From: an uncultured Candidatus Saccharibacteria bacterium
GTDB taxonomy: Bacteria > Patescibacteriota > WWE3 > 2-01-FULL-39-13
Direction: 5' to 3'
Assembly (NCBI GenBank): GCA_965230915.1
Contig: OZ246395.1
Location: 858,431 to 922,430, forward strand
DNA length: 64,000 nucleotides
How positions within the stretch are numbered: the stretch's first letter is position 1; every line of letters starts with the position of its first letter. Below are positions 45,468 to 55,871 of the stretch, in pieces. The translations under genes and the position numbers were made by a program. The notes under the pieces were generated by a model that saw only the letters and a program-made list of their open reading frames with translations, did not search any database and was not told the DNA's origin.

Positions 45468-46402
45468 TTTTGGTTAACCTCATCCTCTGGAATATTAAAC
45501 ATAATCAAAAATCCGCCAATCAAGCTCATAAGCAGCCTTACTACATGAAGCATAACAGAAACAACTATAGAAAATTCCGGGGTTACTCCAGCGTTTTGGA
45601 ATAAAAATGCAAAAACTGTTTCTTGGGTTCCGAATCCATTAAAAGATGGTATTAACGCAGATAATGATGCGATCGGCATAAATGCGATTACACTCCATAA
45701 AGGTAATTCAATATCTATTCCTAAAAATAAAAGATATACACCCAAAAACGAAATTGCCTGAACTACAAAAGATAAGACAACAATTTGAATAGCTTCTTTT
45801 TTATTTTGTAAAAGCAATGTTGTTGCTTCTTCGAACTTCTGAAAGAATTTTATTTTTTTAGAAAGCAATCTTAATACCGGAAAATACAAAAAGAATCCTA
45901 CAAACAAAAGTACGATCGCAGCTATTACCCAAAGTGGACCAAATAAAGAAGCAATTCCAAAAAAACCTAAAATTAATAAGGCGATTAATCCGCCGAATCG
46001 ATCCATAAAAACACTAAAAAAACCTATCGATTTATCTTGGATAATGGACCCCACTGCGATTGCTTTATAAACATCTCCACCCATTTGTGTCGGCAAAAAA
46101 TTATTGTAAAAATATCCTTTTATATAGATATAAAAAAGTTTAAATCGGCTAACATCTTTGCCCGAAGTTTTTAATATTAAACCCCATCTTAGCGCCGAGA
46201 CATAAGTACCAAGAATCGAAGCCGCCAATGCAGATACTAAAAACCACAAATCAAATTGCTTCAAGTTCTCAATTATTAAAGGAATATCTTGTGTACTTAC
46301 TAAATACCAGATTAATAGTGCGCTAATTAATACTCGCACACCAATTTTTATATATTTATTGGAATTATAAATTTCTTTACCTCGAGAAATTACCTGTTTC
46401 AT
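45464..46402 (-). CDS. Flippase-like polytopic membrane protein (UPF0104 / LPG-synthase TM family)
   Basis: ~8 TM helices; WFLVSALAASILGTYVSALRWGLIL pattern; operonic with GT2. Confidence 0.55.
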   Translation of the reverse strand: MKQVISRGKEIYNSNKYIKIGVRVLISALLIWYLVSTQDIPLIIENLKQFDLWFLVSALAASILGTYVSALRWGLILKTSGKDVSRFKLFYIYIKGYFYNNFLPTQMGGDVYKAIAVGSIIQDKSIGFFSVFMDRFGGLIALLILGFFGIASLFGPLWVIAAIVLLFVGFFLYFPVLRLLSKKIKFFQKFEEATTLLLQNKKEAIQIVVLSFVVQAISFLGVYLLFLGIDIELPLWSVIAFMPIASLSALIPSFNGFGTQETVFAFLFQNAGVTPEFSIVVSVMLHVVRLLMSLIGGFLIMFNIPEDEVNQK

Positions 46403-47385
46403 GAAATCTTTTCAGATATAATGTATGCCTTGCGTCCGCTTGATTCGAAGTAAATGCGCATTAACAATTCACCTAGAAGTCCGGTCATGATTAATTGAAT
46501 CCCAACAATTACAAAGATTAATCCGGTCATAAAAAGAGGGCGATTTCCAATATCTTCATTTGAAAATATTTTTAAAAGGAGCATGTATATAACGATTGTA
46601 TCGCCAATTAAGAATGTAATTATTCCGGTTGTTCCGAAAATTCTTCCCGGCATCATAGTGAAAGGTTTTGTTGCAAATGACAACATAAATTTCATCGACA
46701 ATAGATCCAAGAAAACAGTGAAAGTTCGCATTAATGATCCATATGCTGGGGTTCCATAAGTTCTTTCTTGATACTTAACTGGAATCTCTTTTATTTTCTT
46801 TGTGTATAAACTTGAATATGCAGGTAAAAATCTGTGCATATCTCCGTAAATTTTTAAATTTTCGATTACAAACCTTCGGAAGCCTTTTAATCCAGAACCT
46901 GTGTCTTTAACTGCAACCCCAGAAATTTTTTCGATCATTCCATTTGCAATATTTGAAGGGACTCTTCGAATCAAAGAACCTTTTAATGATTCTTTCCAAC
47001 GACCTTCGCGGTATGTATTTACTAAATCAGCTCCTTTATCGAGTTCAGCAACAACATCTAAAATAGACTCTGCTGGAATTTCTAAATCAGATGAAAATGT
47101 AATTACATATTTTCCTTTTGATTCGTCAAATCCGCTTTGGTAAGCGCCGCCCATTCCATAATTTCTTGAATGTTTAATGGCTTTAAATTCTTTGAACTTC
47201 ATTGCCATTTGTTGCAAAACTTCCCATGTTCTATCTTTTGTAGACCCGTCATCGATAGCAATAACTTCATAAGATCTTCCACTTTTATCAAGAACAGCTA
47301 ACAATTCGGTCGGAAACCTTTCAATATTTTTTTCTTCGTTATAGCAGGGGATAATTACGGAAATTTCTGGATGTTCTTCTGGCAT
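46399..47385 (-). CDS. Glycosyltransferase family 2 with C-terminal TM helices (polyprenyl-phosphate sugar transferase-like; start at MPEEHPEIS)
   Basis: ISVIIPCYNEEKNI and AIDDGSTKD motifs; the track start overlaps the upstream gene, and the internal ATG abuts it. Confidence 0.8.
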   Translation of the reverse strand: MPEEHPEISVIIPCYNEEKNIERFPTELLAVLDKSGRSYEVIAIDDGSTKDRTWEVLQQMAMKFKEFKAIKHSRNYGMGGAYQSGFDESKGKYVITFSSDLEIPAESILDVVAELDKGADLVNTYREGRWKESLKGSLIRRVPSNIANGMIEKISGVAVKDTGSGLKGFRRFVIENLKIYGDMHRFLPAYSSLYTKKIKEIPVKYQERTYGTPAYGSLMRTFTVFLDLLSMKFMLSFATKPFTMMPGRIFGTTGIITFLIGDTIVIYMLLLKIFSNEDIGNRPLFMTGLIFVIVGIQLIMTGLLGELLMRIYFESSGRKAYIISEKIS

Positions 47386-47387
47386 AA

Positions 47388-48359
47388 TTAGTACTCTCCT
47401 TTGCGGTACCATTCGGGCTGAGATAAAAACCAACTATAGTAGATTTTAACCATTTCATCTAATTTTGTCGACGGATTGTAGCCTAATAAATCGCGTGCTT
47501 TCGATATATCTGCGAACGTAATATCCATTTGGCCAGCTCGTGGCTCTTCTACTGTTTTTATTTTTTTACCTGTAACTTTTTCGAATGTATCAATCATTTC
47601 AACGATTGAAACCGGGTTGGCGTTACCTAAATTAATAATTTCATACTTAAATGGCTTTTTTATCGCAGCTTCGATTGCTTCCATCATATTACCTATATAA
47701 GTGTAGTCACGCTTTGATGATTCAGGGTTTTGATAAATGCCAAAATCAGTTCCATATTCTGCCGCGCGTGCTAGTTTTGGAAACGCCATATCAGGTCGCA
47801 ACTTTGGACCAATTGGATTAAAAAATCTCAAAACTGTTACGCCCATGTTTGTATTTAGCGAATATGTATAAAGCAAAACCTCTCCGCCTTTTTTACTTGC
47901 GGGATAAGGTGCAGCTGGATAACTTGTATCCATATCTTCTTTGAATGGAGTTTTGTTGTTGTTTCCATAGACTGAAGAAGTTGAAGCGAAAATAAAATTT
48001 TTCACATTATTTTGCGAAGCAAACTCGGCTAAGTTATTTGTTCCCACATAATTTGCTTCAGCATAAATTGAAGGGCGTTTTACAGACGGGGTAACCCCAG
48101 CCCAAGCTGCTAAATGTACAACCGATTCAATGGCTTCAGTTTTAAATAACTCTTCGATAATATTTCTATCTGTGATATCTGCTCTATACAATTTAAATTT
48201 GGGATTATTGGCAAAACTTTCGATATTAAATTCTTTAATCTTTGGGGAATAATAATCGTTAAAATTATCGAGGCCAACAACCTCATAGCCTTTTTGCAAC
48301 AGATACTCACACAAATTCGAACCAATAAAACCCGCTGCACCCGTGACTAGAATTTTCAT
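47388..48359 (-). CDS. NAD-dependent epimerase/dehydratase (SDR; UDP-sugar 4-epimerase-like)
   Basis: MKILVTGAAGFIGSNL Rossmann motif; YxxxK region. Confidence 0.8.
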   Translation of the reverse strand: MKILVTGAAGFIGSNLCEYLLQKGYEVVGLDNFNDYYSPKIKEFNIESFANNPKFKLYRADITDRNIIEELFKTEAIESVVHLAAWAGVTPSVKRPSIYAEANYVGTNNLAEFASQNNVKNFIFASTSSVYGNNNKTPFKEDMDTSYPAAPYPASKKGGEVLLYTYSLNTNMGVTVLRFFNPIGPKLRPDMAFPKLARAAEYGTDFGIYQNPESSKRDYTYIGNMMEAIEAAIKKPFKYEIINLGNANPVSIVEMIDTFEKVTGKKIKTVEEPRAGQMDITFADISKARDLLGYNPSTKLDEMVKIYYSWFLSQPEWYRKGEY

Positions 48360-48424
48360 ATATCAATATATATACCAAATTTGGTTTAAGCACTAGTGCT
48401 AGTGTTAGCGTATAATCCAGCTAT

Positions 48425-49174
48425 ATGGCTGAAATCAAAATAAATGATTCCTTTGACGAAATATTCAAAGATAAAAATAATATTTTAGTTGTAACAGCAC
48501 ATCCTGATGACAACGAAATAATATGTGGAGGATTAGTCGCAAGGCTTATCGATAAAGGCAAAAAAATTCGTTTAATTGTAACAACCACTGGCGGAAAAGG
48601 ATTCCAAAATAGAACTGACATAACCGAAGATGAATTCGCAAAGTTAAGATTTACAGAACAAATAAATGCTGGCTTAGAATTGGGAATTTCTAAAGATCAA
48701 AACTTCAACCTAGGTATTCCAGATGGCGAAATGGAAAATTCTCTTTCTAACATAGAAAAGCTAGTAAAACATATAAGAGAATTTAAACCAGACATAATCA
48801 TTACACATAACCCACAAGATATGATTAATAGTTTCTCTGAGGATATTAAATGGGTAAATCACCGCGACCATAGGAACACAGCCATGACAGTTTTAGATGC
48901 TGCTTATCCGTATTCTCGCGACAGAGGCTTTTTCCCAGAACATTTTTCAAAACATGGACTAACACCGCATCAAGTCGGAACATTCTTATTCTCGGATTAC
49001 TTTATGAATCCAAAAGTAAGTTATTTCGATATCACCAATTATAGGTCTCAAAAAGAAGCTTCGCTGCGCAGTCATAAAAATGCATTAGGTGACGAAATTG
49101 ATGCTTTTATGGAAGAAGGTATAATGGGTGACGGTAAAACATACGAGCGTTTATTATTAGTTAAAACAGATTAA
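48425..49174 (+). CDS. PIG-L/LmbE-family N-acetylglucosaminyl deacetylase
   Basis: VVTAHPDDNEIICGG motif. Confidence 0.8.
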   Translation: MAEIKINDSFDEIFKDKNNILVVTAHPDDNEIICGGLVARLIDKGKKIRLIVTTTGGKGFQNRTDITEDEFAKLRFTEQINAGLELGISKDQNFNLGIPDGEMENSLSNIEKLVKHIREFKPDIIITHNPQDMINSFSEDIKWVNHRDHRNTAMTVLDAAYPYSRDRGFFPEHFSKHGLTPHQVGTFLFSDYFMNPKVSYFDITNYRSQKEASLRSHKNALGDEIDAFMEEGIMGDGKTYERLLLVKTD

Positions 49175-49179
49175 TTTAT

Positions 49180-49845
49180 ATGGCAAATTTGGAAGAAGCA
49201 AAAGTATTATTAGAAGAAGGTTGGAAAGCCCGAGAAAACTTAGATTTACCTACGGCTAGAGTTAAACTTCAAGAATCTCAACGAGTTTTCGAAGAGGCTG
49301 GGGAATTTAGACTTGTAACTGAATCACTAAATCATCAGGCCTATACAGAAAAATTAGACGCAACTCAGCATGCAGCTTTGGCATTGGAACTAGCTATGGA
49401 ATCGGAACAGGTCGCCCTAGAAAATGGCACCGAGCTAGTTTTAATTTACCGCGCAGTAATGTCATGTGCAGAAACCGCAGGACTATATGAAATCGGGTTA
49501 CAATACGCAAATAAAATGCTCCCACTTTTAGAAAAACCCGTATTACAAGGAGATTTATACTCACATATCGCAACATTTGAAATGCGAACCGGTAATTTAG
49601 AACAAGCCAAGCAAACAATCGAAAAAGGCTTGGCGCTTCTTCAGGAAGGCTGGGAAACCGAGCGCGAACCACACAGAACTATTTGGCTTCTTCGCGCACA
49701 CATGGCAAAAGCCCTTATCACTTACAATAGCGGAAACCGCGACGAGGCAGTTAGCATACTGCAAAAAGCAAAAGAAAGCGTTAAAGACCGCGAAGATCTT
49801 AAGCCAAGAGTGCAGCAAATCGAAATGCTTTTGAAATACTTATAA
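49180..49845 (+). CDS. Hypothetical all-helical (TPR-like) protein
   Basis: 221-aa ORF, helix-forming composition, no catalytic motif seen. Confidence 0.5.
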   Translation: MANLEEAKVLLEEGWKARENLDLPTARVKLQESQRVFEEAGEFRLVTESLNHQAYTEKLDATQHAALALELAMESEQVALENGTELVLIYRAVMSCAETAGLYEIGLQYANKMLPLLEKPVLQGDLYSHIATFEMRTGNLEQAKQTIEKGLALLQEGWETEREPHRTIWLLRAHMAKALITYNSGNRDEAVSILQKAKESVKDREDLKPRVQQIEMLLKYL

Positions 49846-49886
49846 GCCACTATTTTCATGGATTTAAAAGTGCTAATATTTTTATA

Positions 49887-50831
49887 ATGAATCTTATTGA
49901 GTGGGTTAAAAATAATAAATTTACAACTGTATTACTTTTAATTGTTTTATACTTCGTATTTCTCAGAAATAACATCAACTTACCTAGAATGATAGTGAAC
50001 CAAGAAGGTGTGGATACATTTAGTTATTCAACAATGCCTTCTCCTGCTATTAATATGCAGATGGGCAAAATGGCTGTGCCAACAATGGGAATGCCGGCTC
50101 AAGATATGTACTATGGAGAAAGCGTTACAACTGGATCTACAAGAATGGTTGTTACAGAAAACTTCGTTTCTCTTCAGGTTGCTGATGTTCCAGCTTCAAT
50201 CGATGGCATAAATTCACAAGTCGAAAAACTAGGCGGGTTTATGGTTTCTTCAAATGTTTCAAGACCAGAAGAATCGGCAAGCGGATCAATAACTGTTAGA
50301 GTTCCAAAAGATAAATCTGAAATGTTCTTAACTTCTATTAGAACTAACGCAATTAAAGTAGTAACCGAAAGCATTCAAGGCCGAGATGTTACAGATCAAT
50401 ATAAAGATATTGAAAGCCGCTTAAATACACTCCAGTCAAATAAATCCAGATTAGAAACCATAATGGCCGAAGCTAACACGGCTGAAGAACTATTAAAAGT
50501 TCAGAACTACATATTTCAATTACAGGATCAGATTGATTCATTGGTCGGCCAGCGTGACTACTTAAAGAGCACTACAGATACTGTAAAAATCACCGTTTAT
50601 TTAGCAACTGACGAATTCGCCTTGCCATACGTTCCGAGTACAAGCTGGAGACCCGATGTTGTCTTTAAACAAGCCGTAAGATCATTAATAATGGATATTC
50701 GCGGCTTAGCAAATAAAATAATATGGTTAGCCGTTTATGCTGTAATCTGGATCCCTGCTCTATTATTGGTTCTCTGGGGGATAAAAACCTGGAAACACCG
50801 AAAAGCTAAATCCGCTGTCAGAAAAAAATAG
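49887..50831 (+). CDS. DUF4349-like membrane-anchored protein (N- and C-terminal TM, central coiled coil)
   Basis: Architecture and LNTLQSNKSRLETIMAEANTAEELLKVQNYIFQLQDQIDSL coiled coil. Confidence 0.5.
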   Translation: MNLIEWVKNNKFTTVLLLIVLYFVFLRNNINLPRMIVNQEGVDTFSYSTMPSPAINMQMGKMAVPTMGMPAQDMYYGESVTTGSTRMVVTENFVSLQVADVPASIDGINSQVEKLGGFMVSSNVSRPEESASGSITVRVPKDKSEMFLTSIRTNAIKVVTESIQGRDVTDQYKDIESRLNTLQSNKSRLETIMAEANTAEELLKVQNYIFQLQDQIDSLVGQRDYLKSTTDTVKITVYLATDEFALPYVPSTSWRPDVVFKQAVRSLIMDIRGLANKIIWLAVYAVIWIPALLLVLWGIKTWKHRKAKSAVRKK

Positions 50832-50919
50832 CCAATAGAAATTTCCAATAAGTCATTTATAATTACGCCAAGCTAGGTACAAGTTTTGCTTTTACTTCTA
50901 AAGAAAGGAGGAAACGCCT

Positions 50920-51141
50920 TTGAGACTGACAGCGGTGCGCAATCCAATAGATCAAACGGCGAAGTTTGATCGAGTAGTTTTGCCAATCCGTCCAGGCCAA
51001 ATCGGCATTGGGCGAGATCGTTGGTTTCTTGACCCAGAGACCGGAGAGTATGTTTTTATCTCTGGGGAAGAGCTTCCAACGGTTACTGCAATTCCTGAAG
51101 TAACACCGTTCACTCCAGGTTATATTGTTCGTGTGTTTTAA
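50920..51141 (+). CDS. Small (73-aa) GC-rich hypothetical protein with TTG start and perfect SD
   Basis: AAAGGAGG 9 nt upstream of the TTG; G+C visibly above flanks; followed by hairpin 51247-51289. Confidence 0.55.
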   Translation: MRLTAVRNPIDQTAKFDRVVLPIRPGQIGIGRDRWFLDPETGEYVFISGEELPTVTAIPEVTPFTPGYIVRVF

Positions 51142-51246
51142 ATTAGCTGGGCTACGACGACCTTAGCAAAAAGGACTAGTCGAGCCTAATCTGGAAACGA
51201 GTTTGAAGTGTGAAGACTTTGTGTTGTACCTATTACCTAGCCAACA

Positions 51247-51289
51247 GGGCTGGAATTTATTGATGATTTTTATCAAGAAATTCCAGCCC
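51247..51289. terminator. Perfect 12-bp inverted repeat GGGCTGGAATTT...AAATTCCAGCCC between convergent genes (bidirectional terminator-like)
   Basis: Read directly; no clear U-tract on either strand. Confidence 0.45.
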
Positions 51290-51298
51290 GAGATTTAC

Positions 51299-51718
51299 CT
51301 ACGATTGTTCTTCCCACCATCTTTTTATAATTAACCCAGCAGCAATTGCATGATCGGCTTTTCTGGATTTTTGGGAAATCCCAGCATCAATTGCAATATC
51401 TAAACTTTCTTTTGAAGTTGAAGATTCGTCTACAAATTGAATTTTTACAGTATCAAAAATATTTTGTCGGAGTTTTTGAGCAAAATGACGAATTTGTTTG
51501 GAGTGCCCTGCTTCTTTTCCATCTCGGTAAGGCATTCCGATTACAACCAGATCAACACCTTCGATATCAACAATTTTTGCAATTTCTTTTATCGCATCAT
51601 CTTCAACTTTATGATTTGGAATATTCGGAAGTATTTTTAAAGGCTGTACAGTCGAGGCAATTCCCAATGCAAGGCCAATATTGTGTTGACCATAGTCGAC
51701 ACCTAAAATTCTACTCAT
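51299..51718 (-). CDS. ruvX: Holliday-junction resolvase-like YqgF/RuvX (pre-16S rRNA nuclease)
   Basis: MSRILGVDYGQHNIGLALG N-terminal motif; ~139 aa. Confidence 0.85.
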   Translation of the reverse strand: MSRILGVDYGQHNIGLALGIASTVQPLKILPNIPNHKVEDDAIKEIAKIVDIEGVDLVVIGMPYRDGKEAGHSKQIRHFAQKLRQNIFDTVKIQFVDESSTSKESLDIAIDAGISQKSRKADHAIAAGLIIKRWWEEQS

Positions 51719-51742
51719 TGGCAGATTATACTCAAAACTAAG

Positions 51743-52336
51743 TTAAAATATCTCGACGTTTTTTGAATAAAAATCAGAAGTTATTATATATAAAACTCCA
51801 TCTTTATTTATTATGACCTCGTCAATATTATCAGGAAGTGGAGCGGTCTTGCCTTCTTTAATAGTCCCTTTAACTCTTAAACCTTTCACATCTGAAATCG
51901 TGTATTCTTCGGTCGTGTAGTTATAATAATCTCGAACCAATGAATTTACAATTTCAGTAGGCGTTTTTAATTGGCTATTATCATAATTTTTCTTAATCAC
52001 ATTAATTTCTTCAAGAGAACCGCCACTATCACAGCTTATGCCACTTGATTCACCTTTTATAATTACATATACACTAGCAGCATCAGTATTTTCGTTTTTG
52101 TTTTCACATAAGATAGCTTCCTCTTGTGAATCTAATTTAAAAGAAAATCCATACTCTTCATTTACATATCTGTTTTCATCTTTTTTGCTAGACATCATAG
52201 CCAGTTCATCCATCTTTGGTTTTAAATACATGAAGAAAAAAGAAGTAGCAACGACACCAACGATCAAGAAAACTAAAGGAAGCAATATGTTTTTTGTATT
52301 CATAAAGTTAATTAAATAACTACTTGTTAACTTCAA
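51743..52336 (-). CDS. Membrane-anchored hypothetical protein
   Basis: TM near N-terminus; no motifs. Confidence 0.5.
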   Translation of the reverse strand: MKLTSSYLINFMNTKNILLPLVFLIVGVVATSFFFMYLKPKMDELAMMSSKKDENRYVNEEYGFSFKLDSQEEAILCENKNENTDAASVYVIIKGESSGISCDSGGSLEEINVIKKNYDNSQLKTPTEIVNSLVRDYYNYTTEEYTISDVKGLRVKGTIKEGKTAPLPDNIDEVIINKDGVLYIITSDFYSKNVEIF

Positions 52337-53930
52337 TATATATATTTTCCGGTCTTTGAGGCATTCGCAAAAAGACTCCTGGTAAATTTGGGGAAACCGA
52401 AATTTCGAATCCGGTCACATCATTTAGATTATCCAAATAACTTTGTGCTTGATCAATCGACATTCCAGATAAATCATCTTTAATTTTTGCTTCGTCTAAA
52501 CGTGGAGTAATCGAGCTGTTTAATTTAACCTGCAGGTTCACATCTGTTCCGTTACTTACACTTGTAGCTGCGACTTCATATTCTGGCGCATCGTCGTTTA
52601 GGTTAAACGATTCTGGCACAACTGTTTTTACAACTTCTTTCATTAGTGAATCTAGAGAAGCATCATCATAAGCTAAAACTTTTCCTGACATTGTCATGTT
52701 TAATGTGACTTCTTCGGCTTCTTCATCTATTTGATTTGAATAAGTTGCATTTGTTGTAGCAAATTCGATCGACGATTCTTGCATGACCTGCCCGGCAACA
52801 AGCTTTTGAGATAAAGCTCGTTTAACCTTATCTTTCATGAAATCTTCTGTTGTGCGTTTTAAGGAATCTAAATCTGCTTGAGCAACTACCTGCACTTCTT
52901 TTGAAGATCCACCAGTAATATCTTCGTCTTTATTTTCTGCAACGACTTCGTCTGTATCGTAGTCATCAACTTCAAAAGTTTCATCGTCATCTAGGTTGTA
53001 ATCGTCACCGTATGTGGAAGCTTCGATTTCGACTGTTTTGCTATTGAACTTTTTCTCATTAGTTCCGCTATCAACCGAATATCCATCAATTTCGACTTTG
53101 TCTGTTGTTACGTAAATTAAATTATCTTTGTCTGATGAAATCAATTTAAGCTGCTTTCCTTTGTTTACAGTTACTTTTTTATCTGTCTTGTTTGTAATAG
53201 TTACTTTTCCGCTAGCTTTGTCTCCCACTTCTTTTTTCCCTGTTGTAGCGATTTTTTGTGAATCTGTTTCGGATGTTTCTACCGAAAAAGCAGGAATCGC
53301 TTTTGCGTCTACCGATATTTCCGACTGATTTGTTGAAGCTTTAACATCTACTAATTTAATTAGACCTTTTGTATCAACATTAATTTTTACGGTAGCAGTT
53401 GGAACATAATAAAAAAACGCCCAAACAGTTGTACCAAGTAAACCCAAAACTAAAGCTGCAATAATTCCAAACTTAACCATTTTATTTTTCTTTGTAACTG
53501 GCTTTGTATCGTCGTCATCATAAATCGAAGTACTTTCTACTTCAACAGGTTCATCACCTTCTTCTATTGATGTGTAGGTAGATTTATCGGCCGGTTTAAA
53601 TTTATTAAAAAATCCCATTACTCCACCAAGAGCTGAAGCTTTTGCAATATTTTGATTCGAGCTTTCTAGGTTAACTTCTTCGTCGTTGTATTCTAAATAA
53701 TCTCCATTTACAGCTTCTATGTAATCTTTGTGTTTTGGATTTTCCACTTCGAACTTGAGTGTTTTGCCTTTATCTTCGGCTAATTTTTTTAAAGTCTTTA
53801 GGTTAAGTGAATTTTTGTAAACTTCGGACTCAGGGGAAAACTTCAATACAAGATCTTTAGATTCATCGGAATCAATAAGTCTCATTAAAGAATATAAATT
53901 TTGATTTGAATTAATGGTATATTTACTCAT
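52320..53930 (-). CDS. 536-aa single-pass membrane hypothetical protein (acidic N-terminal region, Lys/Thr-rich extracellular region)
   Basis: TM VKFGIIAALVLGLLGTTVWAFFYYV; overlaps the FtsA/PilM-like gene by 8 nt, so operonic. Confidence 0.6.
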   Translation of the reverse strand: MSKYTINSNQNLYSLMRLIDSDESKDLVLKFSPESEVYKNSLNLKTLKKLAEDKGKTLKFEVENPKHKDYIEAVNGDYLEYNDEEVNLESSNQNIAKASALGGVMGFFNKFKPADKSTYTSIEEGDEPVEVESTSIYDDDDTKPVTKKNKMVKFGIIAALVLGLLGTTVWAFFYYVPTATVKINVDTKGLIKLVDVKASTNQSEISVDAKAIPAFSVETSETDSQKIATTGKKEVGDKASGKVTITNKTDKKVTVNKGKQLKLISSDKDNLIYVTTDKVEIDGYSVDSGTNEKKFNSKTVEIEASTYGDDYNLDDDETFEVDDYDTDEVVAENKDEDITGGSSKEVQVVAQADLDSLKRTTEDFMKDKVKRALSQKLVAGQVMQESSIEFATTNATYSNQIDEEAEEVTLNMTMSGKVLAYDDASLDSLMKEVVKTVVPESFNLNDDAPEYEVAATSVSNGTDVNLQVKLNSSITPRLDEAKIKDDLSGMSIDQAQSYLDNLNDVTGFEISVSPNLPGVFLRMPQRPENIYIEVNK

Positions 53931-55107
53931 CTTCCGATTCCAATTCTAACTTTATAACTGCCAAACTTGCCGGTGGAAACATTCTCGGACCATTTAGTGC
54001 TCCTAAATCGTCTGACAAATAATTACCCCAAGATTCTTTCGAAGTTGTATGAACTTCTAATTCTCCTGCAAACGGTAAGGCTTTTTTCCAGTCATCTTCA
54101 TACAAAAGTTCTTGAATAACCGGCATTGCTGCGCTTCCACCTGTTAAATAAATTGATTTTGGAAAACTTTTAATTCCTGATATCGAAGACAGTGCAGTAA
54201 TTAATGCTGTTCTCCAATCCTTTCCGGCTTCGTAAATATAGTCGCTAATTTTGTCGACTTCCTCATCAGAAAGTTTTCCGGCAGAATAGTCTTCCTTTTT
54301 ATCGTTTGCATGACTGCGATCTAGACGAGCGCTATCAATTAAATGTTCAGTAAAGTATGATCCTCCCAAATCAAATGATCTTGTTTGAATAATATTTTTT
54401 CCGAATATCACAGCAACATCGGTGTGATCTTTTCCGATATCAATTAACAAAAAGTTTTTATCTTTTTCTGCGAGTAACTTCGACTGCGAATAAACCGTCG
54501 TTGTTACCGTTACGGTTGAAAATTTTAACTCATCTAAATTTTTTGTCACCCACTTATAATATTCGCGTTCGGCGTATGAACAATAAACAGTAATTTGAAT
54601 TTGCCGACCGGTTAAGCCTTCTGCGGCATCGACTTGGCTGTCATCAACATGAATTGAAGTTATAACAACATCTAGTGGTTCAAAATCTACGGATTCGGCA
54701 AAAAACATTTCCCATCTTTGTTTAGCTTGGGCATACGCGCTGTCTCGAATTTTTTCATACAGTTGATTCATTTCTTTTTCAGAAATTACTTCATGTGGAT
54801 TATCCCGCTCTGATTTTGCAATTAGTATAAAGCCCATAACTTTAGGCCCGCTGAGACCAATTATTACTTCATCGGCTTCGAGTCCGGTTTGGTCAAAACA
54901 CTCTGTAACTACAGATTTTAGAGCTTCACTTCGAAGTGGAGCATTATGGCTATCACGAGTAGAAATACCTTTAACTTTTAATTCTTCTTGTGTTTTTTTG
55001 ACGAGTAAAGCTTTTGCTGAAGTAGCGGTTAAATCTAGAACTACAAAGTTATCCGAATTCTGAGGGGAAGATTTAGGTTTTTTTGCAAAGAAGTTGGGCA
55101 GTTTCAC
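53923..55107 (-). CDS. FtsA/PilM-family actin-like ATPase
   Basis: NFVVLDLTATSAKALLV phosphate-1 region and SIYLTGGSAAMPVI adenosine motif. Confidence 0.65.
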   Translation of the reverse strand: MKLPNFFAKKPKSSPQNSDNFVVLDLTATSAKALLVKKTQEELKVKGISTRDSHNAPLRSEALKSVVTECFDQTGLEADEVIIGLSGPKVMGFILIAKSERDNPHEVISEKEMNQLYEKIRDSAYAQAKQRWEMFFAESVDFEPLDVVITSIHVDDSQVDAAEGLTGRQIQITVYCSYAEREYYKWVTKNLDELKFSTVTVTTTVYSQSKLLAEKDKNFLLIDIGKDHTDVAVIFGKNIIQTRSFDLGGSYFTEHLIDSARLDRSHANDKKEDYSAGKLSDEEVDKISDYIYEAGKDWRTALITALSSISGIKSFPKSIYLTGGSAAMPVIQELLYEDDWKKALPFAGELEVHTTSKESWGNYLSDDLGALNGPRMFPPASLAVIKLELESEDE

Positions 55108-55116
55108 ATCCCGATT

Positions 55117-55602
55117 TTACCATATTACAAACATGGCCCATATAAACATTATTATGGTGATCATAAGTTTTGCCAGCAAGCCTATAAAATATCCCAGAGT
55201 CGTTCCTACCCCTGATTTTAATGCAATCTTTAAATCAGGATTCACTATTAACTCTAAAGCAATTGCTCCAGCTATCGGGCCAATAATAATTCCAATTGGG
55301 CCAAAGAAAAGGCCGACTATTCCGCCGATTGCTGCGCCGAACATTCCCCATTTTGTTCCGCCATATTTTTTTGCACCCAAGATCATCGCTAGGTTATCGA
55401 TCCAAAGTGAAAGAAAGGCTATTACACCAGCAATTATTAATGCGGTTGTTGAAGGATCAGTAAACCCCGTTGACCAGGCATACATGAAAACTGCAACGAA
55501 AACTAAAATTACGCCGGGAAAATTTAGGAATGAGATTCCGATTCCGGCAACTGCGAGTATTGTTAAGAAAATTTTGAGTAGATCAGGGTCCAATTCAGAC
55601 AT
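55117..55602 (-). CDS. DUF456-family membrane protein
   Basis: Gly-rich repeats AKKYGGTKWGMFGAAIGGIVGLFFGPIGIIIGPIAGAI. Confidence 0.65.
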   Translation of the reverse strand: MSELDPDLLKIFLTILAVAGIGISFLNFPGVILVFVAVFMYAWSTGFTDPSTTALIIAGVIAFLSLWIDNLAMILGAKKYGGTKWGMFGAAIGGIVGLFFGPIGIIIGPIAGAIALELIVNPDLKIALKSGVGTTLGYFIGLLAKLMITIIMFIWAMFVIW

Positions 55603-55645
55603 AAACTTATCATACTAACAATAAAAATTAATGTAAAATTAATAC

Positions 55646-55864
55646 ATGATAGAAAACCTCGAAATGGTCTTAATAGGCTTTTTATTTCTGACTATAGGAA
55701 TTGGTCTTTCATTTAGCACATGGTTCGCAACACTAATTTTAGATCTAACTATGGGTAGTTCTATATATTGGCCAGAATCCTTGAAGTTTAAAAGAACAAA
55801 AAAGTTGAGGATAATAGGTATTGCGGTATTTTTAGCTGGAATATATTTAATATACAAAAGCTAA
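55646..55864 (+). CDS. Small 2-TM membrane protein
   Basis: 72-aa ORF with two hydrophobic helices in an otherwise gene-free gap. Confidence 0.4.
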   Translation: MIENLEMVLIGFLFLTIGIGLSFSTWFATLILDLTMGSSIYWPESLKFKRTKKLRIIGIAVFLAGIYLIYKS

Positions 55865-55871
55865 ATTAGAA

